A stretch of 64,000 nt of DNA from Monocercomonoides exilis PA203 (taxonomy: Eukaryota; Protista; Preaxostyla). The DNA lies in NCBI GenBank assembly GCA_001643675.2, contig LSRY02000046.1, forward strand, positions 620,001-684,000, given 5' to 3'. The position numbers were made by a program, and so were the translations under genes. The notes below the pieces were generated by a model. The model was not told the DNA's origin. It saw nothing but the letters and a program-made list of their open reading frames with translations, and ran no database searches. Positions 52,078 through 64,000 of this stretch are shown here, piece after piece; the first letter of the stretch is position 1; the number at the start of each line of letters is the position of its first letter.

Positions 52078-52340
52078 TAATACTTCAATGTCTCAACCGT
52101 ATTGTTGAAAACGAAAAAAAAATGTCAAACGCATTGTTCTATGTGGTTTGTTGAATAAAGTTCAAACAGTAAACTTAAATCAGTGAAAAATTTTCAAACG
52201 AAGGAAATATTTTTCAAAATGAGATTTTTAAACTGTTGTACTTCGTTTTTTTTAAAAAAAATATATTTGTTGCAGTTATATAAATGAAGCAATATCGATC
52301 GGAGCGAGTCTGTCATTCAATTATCTTTTCTTGCTGCCTC

Positions 52341-53710
52341 ATGAAGTGGAGAGTTATTCTTCAATGTATTTTTTGGTAAGTCACGTTTCTTTAAGTTTTA
52401 TATTTTGAGCAAAATCACAATCTTATCGTTTAATAACTCAATAATTGCATTTATATTTTCTTGCTTTTCAAAACTGACAAAGGATTGTTTATTTTTGCCT
52501 CTTTGAATATTGAAACCATATTTTCAAATTTTTCTTGTTCCCATTTTCAGTAATAATACGTTTAAAAAGATTGAAATGGGCATTCCTGAAAATCTATCAA
52601 TTATCAAAGAGACTATAATTTTATTTAGATATTTTATATATCAAGCTTTTTGTTTTGTTGCATTTTACAAACTTTATTCATGGAGCTGTCACAAAATGTT
52701 GCTTTTATCGGAAAAAGATAATATGGTGCAATTTCCAAAAAGCGTAAAAGCTGCCAGATACTGTTCATATGTATTTTATGTTTTATATACCATTTCTCTA
52801 TTCTTGCGGATTCCAATCATGGAACATGATACAATTTCAGTTTCATTCATTGGCGCATACAGATTGCCTTTTGCAATAATCTGCGTCGCAATTTCAATGA
52901 TCTTGTTTGTGACAGCATTTTGTTGTTCTCATCGCAAAGCATTGGCTGCTTCAATTCCAACTGAATTGTTTGGAGGCATCTATAATTGGATCAGACATCC
53001 ACAATATTTGGCAACACTATTCCTTTGGGTATCAATAAGTCTATATAAAAATTCAATCACAAATCTTTTATGCTCATTTGTTTCGTGGCTTATCATTCGG
53101 TCACTTGTTAAAGAAGTGTGCTTATTTTTTCTAATATTTCTGAAAAGATTTTGAAAAATTTTTTTAGGAAGAAAATGCTTTGGTTGCATATTTGAATGGG
53201 AAATATGTTAAATATATGAAAGATGTTCCAGAGTATATGTTCATTCCATGGAAGCATTTTCGTCCTACAGCAAGTTGTGAAGAAAATGAAATTGATATCA
53301 CTTCTTCAAACTTAAACAACTCATTTGTCTCAGATGAATTAGCACGATTAGCAGGTTCCGAATCATCACAAAATATCAACAATGAAAGCGAAAAAAAAGA
53401 AGAAAGAAGAAGCAGAAGCAGCAAAAAGTCAAGTGAAATTGCTGATGAAACCTCTCCAATGTTGCGCGAGGAACTCCACGATCAAGCAACTCTTATCGAA
53501 GATGACGAACAAAATATGAGGGGGCCCATGACCAGAAGTCGAAGCCGTAGTCGGGCAAAAAGTGCGAGCATCCAACGAGAGGGAGAAAGTCCTCAAGAAA
53601 TCGAATTAATTTCTTCATCACGATCGACTGGAAATCAAAATGAATCAAAGAAAGAAGGGAAGGCGGAAAGGGCTGAACATGTCACAAGGAGGCGCTCAAC
53701 AAGAATTTAA
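52341..53710 (+). CDS. ICMT/phospholipid-methyltransferase-like membrane protein with a long hydrophilic C-terminal tail
   Basis: Multiple TM helices, GGIYNWIRHPQYL, then KE|EENAL...GKYVKYMKDVPEYMFIP across intron ~53117-53168. The start is uncertain (52284, 52341 or 52576). Confidence 0.75.
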
Positions 53711-54286
53711 ATAAATTTCAAAAAATAAGTTCACAGCGATTGAAACCAATGAATTTTCTTTCTAAAAGCCTTTTAAGTTACTGTTATTTATTTGATTTGC
53801 TCCATTTAACAAATTCATGCACACTTGATAAACTGTAATTGCTCTGTTATCATTTCACGTACATTGCTTTCTCCAAACAGTTTTATCGTTGAATTTCAAA
53901 ATGCAGAAAGCAAAATGATTTCATTCAACAACACCTTGTTTTATCAAACAAATATTTCTTTCTTTTATTTTTCAAGGCACAGCATAAATGAATATGTTGT
54001 AATTATAATTCTCGTTCCTTTGTTTTGTCTTTTTTTAAAGATTTTTCACTTTTCATGTTTCAATTAACGAAAATTGATTTGAAAGAAAAAATAATTGATG
54101 ATGAAATTTGATAATAATAATTATTATAGGAAATGATCAAAAGGAGACTAATTCATGCTAACCACAATCTCTTTAAAGTTATTTGATATAATTCTGTTCA
54201 TTATTTCTTGATTATTCATTATTTCCAAAGACGAAAATTTTCTCTAAATTTTGATTTGGGATGTCCCATATAATTTATTAGATCAA

Positions 54287-54885
54287 ATGCCAAAAAATAA
54301 GGGTAAAGGAGGAAAAGGATGCCGCAAAGGTAATCTTTTATAATTATGATAATAAAATTAGTGTTGAGTTTATTGCCCTCGCTTTGATATTTTTATTTTT
54401 TAGGCAAAAAAGAAAGCGAAGCTGTAAAACGAGAATTGATTTTTAAGGATGAATGCCAGGAATATGCACAGGTTATTCGACTTCTAGGAAATGCACGCCT
54501 TGAAGCAAATTGGTACGATTAATAAATAAAAGATATCTTTTTCTTATGAACAATTTCTTCATTATTATAATGAATTTCTTACAGCTTTGACGGGAAAAAA
54601 AGGCAATGCACGATCCGAGGGACCATGCGTAGAAAGAAGTGGGTTTCTGCTGGTGATATAATTCTTGTTAGTTTGAGAGATTTTCAAGACGATAAAGCAG
54701 ATGTCATTGATCGTTACACACCAGAGGAAGCAAGAAAATTGAAAGAATACAAACAACTTCCTGATACGGTTCAAATAAGTGAAGCAGATCCTACAGGTGG
54801 TGATGCAGAAGATATTGCTGTGTTCGGGGCTGGTGATGAAGGAGATGAAGATGATGACGCAGGATTGGAGATTGATTCGTTGTAA
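54287..54885 (+). CDS. eIF1A: Eukaryotic translation initiation factor 1A (3 exons)
   Basis: [15 protein letters not shown]|[36 protein letters not shown]|[41 protein letters not shown], followed by an acidic tail. Confidence 0.97.
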
Positions 54886-55207
54886 ATATCTCATTTTTGC
54901 AGCTTTTTTTTCAAAATGCAAATAATGACATTATTTGTATGTTCTTAGGGAACAACTATTTTATGTGTTTGTTGAGTTTTTCATCTCAATACCAACAAAA
55001 AACATAAACTTCCTTTCATTTCTCCTAACTCCAATAACTCAATAATCAACTTTATTTGAACAAATTATTAACTAATAAATATTTTTTTTAAAATTTTTTT
55101 TGAAACAATTTTTATTGTTTTCTTTTTCTATGATCACTTGACCATAATGTGACAAAAACTAATTTCCCTTTTAGGCTTATTGATCAATCAGAAGGATCAA
55201 TAATTCA

Positions 55208-56055
55208 ATGGGGAGAAGTTTGCCAATTCGATTGAAAGAAGGATTATTTTTATTTTAATTGTTAATTTCTTTTGGTTTATTTTTTGAAACATGAAATTTG
55301 CTTGTTAATTGTTTTTTGTTCAATTTTGAAAAAAATCATTATTACTAATTTTCACAGGACCAGCACGTTGCTATCGTTACCAGAAAAACAGACCGTTTCC
55401 AAAATCTCGTTTTAACCGTGGTGTTCCAGATCCAAAGATTAGAAACTTTGACTTAGGAAGAAAAACTGCAACCGTTGATGAATTCCCTCTTTGTGTCCAT
55501 CTCGTTTCTCTTGAGAAGGAACAACTTTCAAGTGAAGCACTCGAAGCAGCACGTGTTGCTGTAAACAAATATGTCACAAAATACGGAGGAAAAGATGCAT
55601 TCCACATTCGTGTTCGTGCTCATCCGTTCCATGTTATCAGAATTAACAAGATGCTTTCATGTGCAGGTGCTGATAGGTTTGCTAGAAACATGTTTTCATA
55701 TTTCGTTATTTCAAATTTTCTTATTATTCATTTCAGACTTCAAACAGGAATGAGAGGTGCATGGGGAAAACCATGCGGTCTTGTTGCACGTGTGGATATT
55801 GGAGACGTTATCATCTCTGTTCGTGGACCAGAAAAGTGCAAAGCTGCATTTGTTGAAGGTCTTCGTCGTGCTTCAATGAAATTCCCAGGAAGGCAAAAGG
55901 TTGTTGTTTCTGACAAATGGGGATTCACAAAATACACACAAGACCAATACAGGAAACTGCGCGCATCAGGCAAAATTGTTCCTGATGGCCTCAATGTTAA
56001 ACTTGTGAAAGAGAATCCATATGTTATGGAGAAAGCACTTCATGCACGAGACTAA
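55208..56055 (+). CDS. RPL10: 60S ribosomal protein L10 (uL16); 3 exons
   Basis: MGR|[28 protein letters not shown]...[13 protein letters not shown]...[19 protein letters not shown]|[12 protein letters not shown]...KFPGRQK. Confidence 0.98.
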
Positions 56056-56521
56056 ATAATTCAGCATTTTTTTCTCAAAAGACAAAAATAATTTTCTCCC
56101 ACTTTGCTTGAAAAATATCGTTATTGCCGCAGGCGATTAATCAACTGGAATCAATTTATTTCTTTAAGAAAAGATTTCCTTTGCAATATATCTCAAAAAT
56201 ATAAGTATTAATCTTCAAAAGGTAAAAATTGAGAATTCAACAAGTTATTAAAATATATATAAGAAATTTATGATTAAATGGGATATGAAGATTAAAATGC
56301 TATTTTATGAAATAAAGTTAACACATAAAAACGAGTATTTTGAAAAAGAAAAAAATAATTGTTTAATGCATATTTTTTTACAAAATTCTCGGAAAAATTT
56401 GAGGAAGTGATATGCATAACGGTCACTTAATTATAAAGATTTTTCGAAGAAATTATAGAAACTATTCAATTACAAAAAATTATGGATTTTGAATTTTTAT
56501 TAAGGTTCTAAAAATACTTAA

Positions 56522-59500
56522 ATGATTCTAAACACATTGTCGTTGTTTATTTTGCTTGACTGTTTACTTCCACGTTTCTTTTCTTTTTCTGAGCAACGCT
56601 TTGGTACAAATTGGAAAGCAGTTGATTCTGTACCAACAGAAATATTCATTTCCGAAAAAGGTGAGGATTCTACTGACGATTGTGGAACGGAAGCACATCC
56701 TTGCAAAACAATTGGAAAAGGAATGGAGCTGATAGGAAAGGGGCATGAAGAAGAAACTTTGAAGATTGTTGATTCTGCTGCCATTCCTTATGGATTTTTG
56801 TTTTCCAAAGATTTCAAATTAACGTTAACAACAGCGTCAAAACAAGGAATAAGAAGAAATATTTCATTTGACTTGAACGAGTTGGCAACAAAAGGGAAGT
56901 TCCACCTGACAAATGAGAAAACCTTGAATATGGAACATTTGAACTTTAATTTTTTGATTTTTGAAACAAAACAGTATTTGCCTAAAGATACCGATGAAGA
57001 GTCTGCTGTTGTTCTTTCGAAAGATGTTAATGCGGATCTAACCTTAAGGGATTGCAGCATTATAATTGATAAAAGTATCAATGATTACACCACATTTTCT
57101 ATCTTGAGAATTACTGATGGGAAAGTATTGATTGACGAGCTTGAATTCTTGTCGAGCAATTATTTTCTTTCAAAAGCAAACTTACTGCATATTTCTGAGA
57201 ATGTTGAGCTGTCAAAACTGAATGGATTAACCATTTGGAAAATGAAGTTGGATAAAGAATGTGCGCTGAAACTTCCATCTTCATTCGCATTGGAAAGAAG
57301 CGAAATAAAAAATATTGAACGGACTTCAGACGGACCCGCTTTGCTTGAGGCTTGTAGTCGTGCAGAAGAGAAAGTAATGATTACTATTTCGAAGTGTTTA
57401 TTTTATTCAGTGAAATCGTTAGAGTCAGAAAAAGGAAGTTGCTTCTATTTTGAGATGCTGCATCCGGAAAGTATTCTGAATATTTTTGACACGGTAATCA
57501 GCTATGGAAAGGCAACCAAAGGGGGAGGCGTGATGATTGGTGCAACAAAAGGAAAAGTGTTATTAGAAAGCGTGGTATTTCTCAGATGTAGTGCATCAGA
57601 AGAAGGAGGAGGACTGCTGATTCTTGACTTATCACAGATGGCAGGATTTGAATGCACAAACGTGTCATTTGAAGAATGTCAAGCAAAGAAGAGCGGTGGA
57701 GTCGAAGCAATTTTTGGAGAGGAAGAGATCAAAGGAGATGCTATCATATTTAAGAACTGCCTTTTTATTAACAATGAAGCAGACATTGGAGGGAAAGACA
57801 TGACAATTTGTTGTGAAGGAAACGCTGATGCGAACAAAGCGCCTTTTGACGAAAAGTGTTTTAGCACGACAACGAAGAATCGGGTATGTGTAACGAAAAA
57901 GGACGGATCAGAGATATATCACGATGAATGGCTAAGAGAAGATTCATTGGAATTGAATGTGGATGCAGAAAACGGAGTGGACAGCGCTGAATGCGGAAAA
58001 CCAGAAAAGGCTCCATGTAAAACGCTGAAGCAAGCGATTGTTAACAGCCTCCCAGGAAAACCATTTTCAATCTTCACCACAGAAAAGTGTAACAAATATG
58101 ACACAGAACCAATAGCAATTGAAGATCATCATATTGAGATCAGAGGTAAAGGCTATTGTGCTATTTCACTCACAACTGTGTTGGATGAAACGAAAGCTCA
58201 GCAAGGCGAAGGATTATTCAACTTGAAGCAAGGAGGGTACCTGGAATTGCGCGGTGCGGAAATCAAAGTGGACACAACAAGAAAAAGTGGTCGAGACAAT
58301 GGACTGTTTGTCTGCGATGGAGAAGATGCAAAATTTTATATTTATAAAGATAATATAACTTCAACTGATTCCAGCCAGGCTCTGAACTGCGTATTAATAG
58401 AATGCAAATCAGGAAATTTTGATATGCGGGAATCAATATTTGCACATTTCTCATCTGCATACGCGTTAATACTAGCAGTCAGTTCAAAAGGTATAAATAT
58501 ATATCAAATTGTTCTCGATTCAATTTCAACTACAAGCGATTCCCAATCTGTCTTCACCATTTTAAGCGGATGCCAAAAAATAAGTTGTTCAAAAGGAAAT
58601 TTTTCGAATTGCAACTCAATTGAACATAAAATTGGTGGGGCATTGTATGTGGAAATTGGAGACTGCAAAAGTGACAAGACTTTTTCCGATCTGAACTTCA
58701 CAAACTGCACATGCAAAAGTGAACAAGCAAGTGCGAACAAAAAGAATTTTAGTTCAAATGAAGAATCGAAAGGTGGTGCAATGTTCATTCGATCTACTGA
58801 CAGTGCAATTGAGCAGCTTTCCATCATATTTGAACTAGTTACATTCACAAACTGCAGCGCAGACAAAGGACAATACATTTTCATTTCGGTGCCAGTTGGG
58901 AGGGAGCAGATTGGCGATGACATGTTCCTGTTTGAGATGCGCGAAATTTACGGCAAGGAGAATTTAATACTTATGGAAGAACGAAATAATGGGGAAGAAA
59001 AAATTATTGATCTCTTGAGCGATGAAACAAACAAGCTTTCATACCGTTCGCATCATATCTTTATTGGAGGAAATAAAGTTAGCAACGAAAGAACATGCGA
59101 AAGAAAGGAAGAGCCCTGCGATTCGTACAGGACAGCTGTTCTTCACTTGACGAAAGAAGTATATGCTGAATTTCTTACCATTGGAAGGGTTTCTGTTGAA
59201 AGGCCACTTTTGCTGGAATATCCTTCTACATTTGCATCTGTTCCTGATAATTACTCTTCTTTAACTTTTTCTGCAAAATATGATCGTGGAATTCTTCAGA
59301 TTGGAACAAAAATGAACGCTGGAAAATTCAAAGCAGTCTTTGAGCCTCGGTCCACAATTATTTTGCTTCACATTGACATTGAATATCCTGATGCCGTTGA
59401 AGGAGATGCACTTGATATTATTTACACAAGATATAAATTGATAATAATTGATGCTGTTTTCAGACCCTGGTTCACTGGGCTAAAAGGAGAAAATGTGTTA

Positions 59501-60577
59501 GGCGGAGACGGAAAGATGCTTCCATATAAACTTATTGTGAATGATCTTGGTACAAATGATATATCCCAGCTGGCAATTTATGGCAGAAATAGAAATATCA
59601 GTAATGAAAATCAACATAGAAAAGATCTCAGCATCAAAACAAAGAAATTAAGCAGTTGCATGATTGGTGGATTAGAAACAAGAGCAGAAGCAGATAATAA
59701 AGAAATTGAAGAAGAAAATTCTTTGTGTAAATGGAATTCGGGACTTGTTTGTCTTCAAAATTCGATATCTTCGGTTTTCCATGACAGTTCATTCAAAGAC
59801 ATTAGTGAGGGTGCTTTGTTATTAGAGGACTCAAAAGTCCACTTGGAAAATTGCAGCTTTATGGGCAATCATCCAATTGATGAAGGTTGGGAAAAATATC
59901 CGTCTTTACGGCACAACATTCAACTGACAGAAAATTATGACCTATATCAAATGTCCATCGGTTCGTTAGCTTTTGGTAGCGATGGATTGGATGGAAAGCC
60001 ATTTGGTATGCTTTCAAATGTTCTTGTGAATGGAAATGCAGCTAAAAATATGGATTCATATTTTTTCACTCCTGTTTTGAAGAATGCAACGATGATTAAA
60101 AATGCAAAAGGGACAGCAGAGAAAGGAAAAGGCAGAATAATCGAATCAGATGAAGTGGCACAAGCTGTGATTCATGGGTCTTATCTGTTTCCATGTGGAC
60201 TTACAGTTGAAGCATCACAGAAAAAGGCAGGACAAGAATTGAACTGGGTGAATTGTCCTGTGGTTGAATATGTTAGCGAGACGGAAATGAAGGTGAACAT
60301 TCCCCAGTTACTGCTGGACAGAGATGATTATACATCAGTTATCTATCGTGTTTCATATCCGTGTGGTGTAATTGGTGGAGAAGTGAAACATTCAGAAAGT
60401 TCGATATTAATAAATCAGAAGAAAAATGTATCAGAGTCGACATCCGTCATTATATATATAATTATTATTATTTCATCTGTGTTTGCTGTGTTTTTCATTG
60501 CGATTGCGACTTTTATTTGCATTTTGTCGCATAGAAAACGGAGAGAATATAAGAAGATCGAAGATCTGGAAAAGTGA
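56522..60577 (+). CDS. Intronless type-I membrane surface protein with a beta-helix/Pmp-like ectodomain and short cytoplasmic tail (paralog of 28712-35560 without the kinase-like domain)
   Basis: Signal peptide; CGTEAHPCKTI and CGKPEKAPCKTL modules; KGGGV, EGGGL, IGGAL and KGGAM repeats; blocks shared with the paralog (LCKWNSGLV, YPSLRHNI, FFTPVL, GSYLFPCGL); C-terminal TM followed by HRKRR. Confidence 0.85.
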   Translation: MILNTLSLFILLDCLLPRFFSFSEQRFGTNWKAVDSVPTEIFISEKGEDSTDDCGTEAHPCKTIGKGMELIGKGHEEETLKIVDSAAIPYGFLFSKDFKLTLTTASKQGIRRNISFDLNELATKGKFHLTNEKTLNMEHLNFNFLIFETKQYLPKDTDEESAVVLSKDVNADLTLRDCSIIIDKSINDYTTFSILRITDGKVLIDELEFLSSNYFLSKANLLHISENVELSKLNGLTIWKMKLDKECALKLPSSFALERSEIKNIERTSDGPALLEACSRAEEKVMITISKCLFYSVKSLESEKGSCFYFEMLHPESILNIFDTVISYGKATKGGGVMIGATKGKVLLESVVFLRCSASEEGGGLLILDLSQMAGFECTNVSFEECQAKKSGGVEAIFGEEEIKGDAIIFKNCLFINNEADIGGKDMTICCEGNADANKAPFDEKCFSTTTKNRVCVTKKDGSEIYHDEWLREDSLELNVDAENGVDSAECGKPEKAPCKTLKQAIVNSLPGKPFSIFTTEKCNKYDTEPIAIEDHHIEIRGKGYCAISLTTVLDETKAQQGEGLFNLKQGGYLELRGAEIKVDTTRKSGRDNGLFVCDGEDAKFYIYKDNITSTDSSQALNCVLIECKSGNFDMRESIFAHFSSAYALILAVSSKGINIYQIVLDSISTTSDSQSVFTILSGCQKISCSKGNFSNCNSIEHKIGGALYVEIGDCKSDKTFSDLNFTNCTCKSEQASANKKNFSSNEESKGGAMFIRSTDSAIEQLSIIFELVTFTNCSADKGQYIFISVPVGREQIGDDMFLFEMREIYGKENLILMEERNNGEEKIIDLLSDETNKLSYRSHHIFIGGNKVSNERTCERKEEPCDSYRTAVLHLTKEVYAEFLTIGRVSVERPLLLEYPSTFASVPDNYSSLTFSAKYDRGILQIGTKMNAGKFKAVFEPRSTIILLHIDIEYPDAVEGDALDIIYTRYKLIIIDAVFRPWFTGLKGENVLGGDGKMLPYKLIVNDLGTNDISQLAIYGRNRNISNENQHRKDLSIKTKKLSSCMIGGLETRAEADNKEIEEENSLCKWNSGLVCLQNSISSVFHDSSFKDISEGALLLEDSKVHLENCSFMGNHPIDEGWEKYPSLRHNIQLTENYDLYQMSIGSLAFGSDGLDGKPFGMLSNVLVNGNAAKNMDSYFFTPVLKNATMIKNAKGTAEKGKGRIIESDEVAQAVIHGSYLFPCGLTVEASQKKAGQELNWVNCPVVEYVSETEMKVNIPQLLLDRDDYTSVIYRVSYPCGVIGGEVKHSESSILINQKKNVSESTSVIIYIIIIISSVFAVFFIAIATFICILSHRKRREYKKIEDLEK

Positions 60578-61413
60578 AACAGGGAAAATGAACAATTCAT
60601 CTGTTTGGAATTATATGAACGAGAGAGACAATTTGGATGGTGTGTTTTGCTGCAAATTGATTTCTTAAATGAATTGATGCGATGAATTTGCCAAGCAATT
60701 TTGAAAATATAAAAAAAAATAAGGCACTTCCTTTTTCAAAGGAATTGAAAGAGTTTTCGTTTGATTTCCTAAATTGTTATGTATTTTTCTGTTATTTCTG
60801 TTCTGAAATTTCTTTGATAACAATATCATTTTCTGTGAAAAGATTGCAGATAAATTGAATCTTTTCAATTTTTTATTTTTTCCTTTTATTTATTAAAATT
60901 TTTTATGTTCTAATCAATTTTTGTCTTTGAATATCCAGCTTTGATAAAAATGTATACAGTGATGGGGAAATGAAAAATTTGCTTTTGATGTTTCCTCCTC
61001 TGTATTGCACTCATTGCAAATGAAAGTTCCCCCTCGCTTTAGAGTTCTCACTTCCAAAATTTTGTTCGCATTCTAATTGTTTTCCTCCTTTTATTTTTTA
61101 TTGAATTTTAATTTCTTTGCTATTGTTTAATGTTGCAACATCAAATACTTTGCGCAACAGAGTATTTGTGAAATTTTCTGTATAGCTCATTCTTTTGAAT
61201 TTTTTTAATTTTTTATGTATATTTTTCATAGGTTGTCATTAATTAACTTTTGAGTCATTTTTAATTCCATTAATCTTGAAGATAATAGTGAATTTGAACA
61301 ATTGATAACATCTCTATCTTCTTATGATATCAAGCAAATATTTGATTGCATGAGTGAACGAATAACAATCCTTATAACTTTTTTAACATTTGTTTATAAC
61401 TTCTGAAAGAATA

Positions 61414-62150
61414 ATGTTATTCAAAAGATTGTTCGATCAGCTTAAAGAAGGAATGAAAAAATATTCTGAAGAAACAAGAAAATGCTAATAATTTTCCGAG
61501 GTACCTGAATCAGGTTCAAAGAACATCAAGCTTTTATTCAATTAGAATCAATAATACAATTTGGATAGATTCGCGTTTGTTCTCAAACTTAAAAAAAGAA
61601 AAGAAGAGAAAAAAGAAAAAGATGATGATAAAGGTGAAGAATACTCCTTTCAAGAAGACATTTTGATATAAGGCAACTTTTAAAGTCGAGGTTGCAACAG
61701 AGAAAGCACTGAAGGTGTTGAAGAAGGGAAAGTTGGCTTTCATTCCAGAAGGCGAGTCAACAGCTGCAGAAGCATTGTTGCACGGTTGCAAATAAAAAAA
61801 CACTTTTTTCTCAAAGAAAACGCGCAATCCAATCAATCTGGTTGAAAAAAAAAAAAAAAAAAAGTAGGGGGGGGGGGGGGGGGGGGGGGGGGACGGGATT
61901 TGTTTGAGTATTGAAGCACGTTGATTGAATCCCAATAAATAGCAAAAGAATTGGAAAACTCGTTCCATGATGCAGTACAAGAGCACGATGGCGATTGCAT
62001 TCTGCCTTTTTGTTCAGCAATTCCCTTTCATGAAGAAAATATTTTTTCCCTCCTGCCGAGCAAAAATCTCGTCAATGAACAGATTGAAGGAGAAGGAGAA
62101 GAAAATGTGTTGTCTGCAAAAATGCAGCTTGAAATGGATTCTCCCTGTGA
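61414..62150 (+). pseudogene. Decayed coding fragment of unknown origin
   Basis: Protein-like frame (MLFKRLFDQLKEGMKKYSEE..., then after a frameshift FKVEVATEKALKVLKKGKLAFIPEG) with several stop codons. Confidence 0.25.
61845..61892. repeat. Adjacent poly-A and poly-G homopolymers
   Basis: About 19 A, then GTA, then about 26 G, seen directly. Confidence 0.9.
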
Positions 62151-63080
62151 TTGACGGTCAACACAAAAAATGCTGTTTGCTGGAATGGAAAAATGATTTA
62201 AAAAATAAAATAAAAATAATTAGTTTTGCATAAATTATATAAATTCCTCAAAAGAACACTTACACCCTCCCTGTTGTAAATGCAGAGGATTGCCCAATAA
62301 CAGATGCTGTCAATCTCCTTTTCCATTGTTTCCCAGTGCTCCTTTCTCCGTCATCCTTTTTTGTCACATAAACATCCTGCTTTCAATGTTGCCATCAACT
62401 TTTTTTCAGAAAAAATATCCGAATAATTTTCTTTCCAATAACTGTCCAATTGTTGTTATTCCTTTTCGCTCTCATCAAAATGCTTTGAAATAAAATTTAT
62501 TTTCATCCCCTCTCCCAACTGAATACAGAAAATCTTCAATTATCATTTGCTGATTATATCTCGGAATTCGCCTCTCTTCCGATATTCTCTTCAGAAAAGC
62601 AAAGGAATGGCCATTTTTAAAATTTATCAGATTCTTGCACTCTGAGAAGGCCACAGATGGAAATATCTTTAAAATGAACAAGAATAATAAAAAATGCAAA
62701 CATCATAATTTTCATATGTTATTTTGGAAAATAAATTTCCTTCAAAGATGATTTTCAAAAAAATCATCTTGCTAAATTCCATCATCAATTCCCCGTCATC
62801 GCTGTCTCGTGCAACCACACAAAATAATATCGCCTATCCTGCAGAAAATATTCTCTCACCTATCTCTCATCTTTCCAATGGACAATCTCGTTCAAAGAAA
62901 ACAACTCGATCAGAACACCCATAACAACGAACAGAAAAGATTAATCGTTCTTTATCTTTGTTATTACAAATCAAAAATGTTAATATCTATGATGAGAGTT
63001 TGAAAGCATATATTTCTATGGGCTGTTTTGAGTTTTTACTTTTCATCTATTTCTTCGATCCAAACATATGAACTATCAAT

Positions 63081-64000
63081 GTGAATATTAAAACGGCATT
63101 GTTTTCTGATGCAATTTTTTTGGAAAAATACAGGAGACTGACAGCACAAAAAAGTTCATGGGCTTGCATTCTTTATTGCATAAGAATTCTTGTTGATTGG
63201 ATTTCTTTCTTAATTTATTTCTTTTTTGAAGAATTGTTTTCTGAATTGGAATATTGCATTGAAGATGATCAGAAACAGAAAATCGAAGAAATGAATACAT
63301 TGATGAATGAGATGGATAAAGAAGAGTTTAAATTCATTTTTTCAGTGGAATTATTCAACAAAATCGAAGAAATGATCGAAGAAAAGAAAGTGACATTGGA
63401 AAATGTCATTTTGCTGTTGAGTTGCACCGGATATTGGATGGAGTTGAAAGATATATGGTGTTATCCTTTTAAATATTCTTTATTGAACAAAAGACTTGAG
63501 AAGATGATTATTGATGAAAATGAGAAGAAGAAAGAAGAAAAGAACAAAATGCTTTTGACTGATCTCTGCAAATTCTTTGTTTTGTGGAATCATGATGACG
63601 TTCCAGATGAATTTCTTTCAATCACTGTGCCTTGCCTTCTGAGTGCTGCATCGGACAAAGAGGATAGTAAAGAAGCAAAAAAGGAAGTGGAAATAGCTTT
63701 GCTGGCTTTGAGCTATATTTTTAATAATGTAAGAGCATTTCCATTTTATTTGACAAAATTGATTTTTTCCCTCTTTTTATATTAGGATATTGACAAAGAA
63801 CTTTATTTGGAAGAGATCAAAGAGATTATCCAATATCATCAGGAGCACAGAAATCTGACAACACTTGCCTATCAGTCAGCGTGGCAGTTTTTAATTAACC
63901 GATTTTGGAAAGACAAAAGCTTGGAAGAAGTGATTACAAATGAACTGCATTTCGCAAGAGAAGCAACAAGAGAATTGGAAGATCTGTCAAAGAGTGTGGA
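63081..64000 (+). CDS. Second member of the lineage-specific helical family (partial; runs off the window)
   Basis: ELFSELEYC...KIEEMN...VPCLLSAASDKE...KEVEIALLALS, an intron, then KEIIQYHQEHRNLTTLAYQSAWQFLINR. Paralogous to 16174-17736. The 5' end is uncertain. Confidence 0.7.

Noticed and set aside
61414-61790. Frame interrupted only by TAA/TAG, suggesting a TAR=Gln code as in Streblomastix
   Set aside because: The frame also appears frameshifted, TAA is the commonest stop in AT-rich DNA, and conserved genes in the window end at TAA. A decayed gene fits better.

Overview
Eukaryotic, AT-rich genomic DNA with many short GT-AG spliceosomal introns, read with the standard genetic code (eIF1A, RPL10 and DUF1015 genes end in TAA). 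The gene families (poly-Ser proteins, giant intronless beta-helix surface proteins, an 'EKEVEMALLALS...YHQEHxNLT' family, a dihydrolipoamide dehydrogenase with no presequence) point to an oxymonad, most likely Monocercomonoides. That assignment is my recognition of the families, not a database result. About 17 protein genes can be modelled: F-box protein, bacterial-type DUF1015 protein with an intron, M1 aminopeptidase, PHO80-like cyclin, importin-alpha-like ARM protein, histidine acid phosphatase, TRIM37-like RING-MATH ligase, beta-helix receptor-pseudokinase with one in-frame TAA, DLD/GCS-L, NEK-like pseudokinase-ARM fusion, TM9SF/EMP70, coiled-coil protein, ICMT/PEMT-like protein, eIF1A, RPL10, a kinase-less beta-helix surface protein, and two members of a lineage-specific family. 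The main non-coding structure is a ~2.2 kb non-autonomous DNA transposon with ~426 bp near-perfect terminal inverted repeats, followed closely by a ~185 nt foldback hairpin. I recognised no tRNA, rRNA or CRISPR array. Exon boundaries were placed by eye and are approximate.
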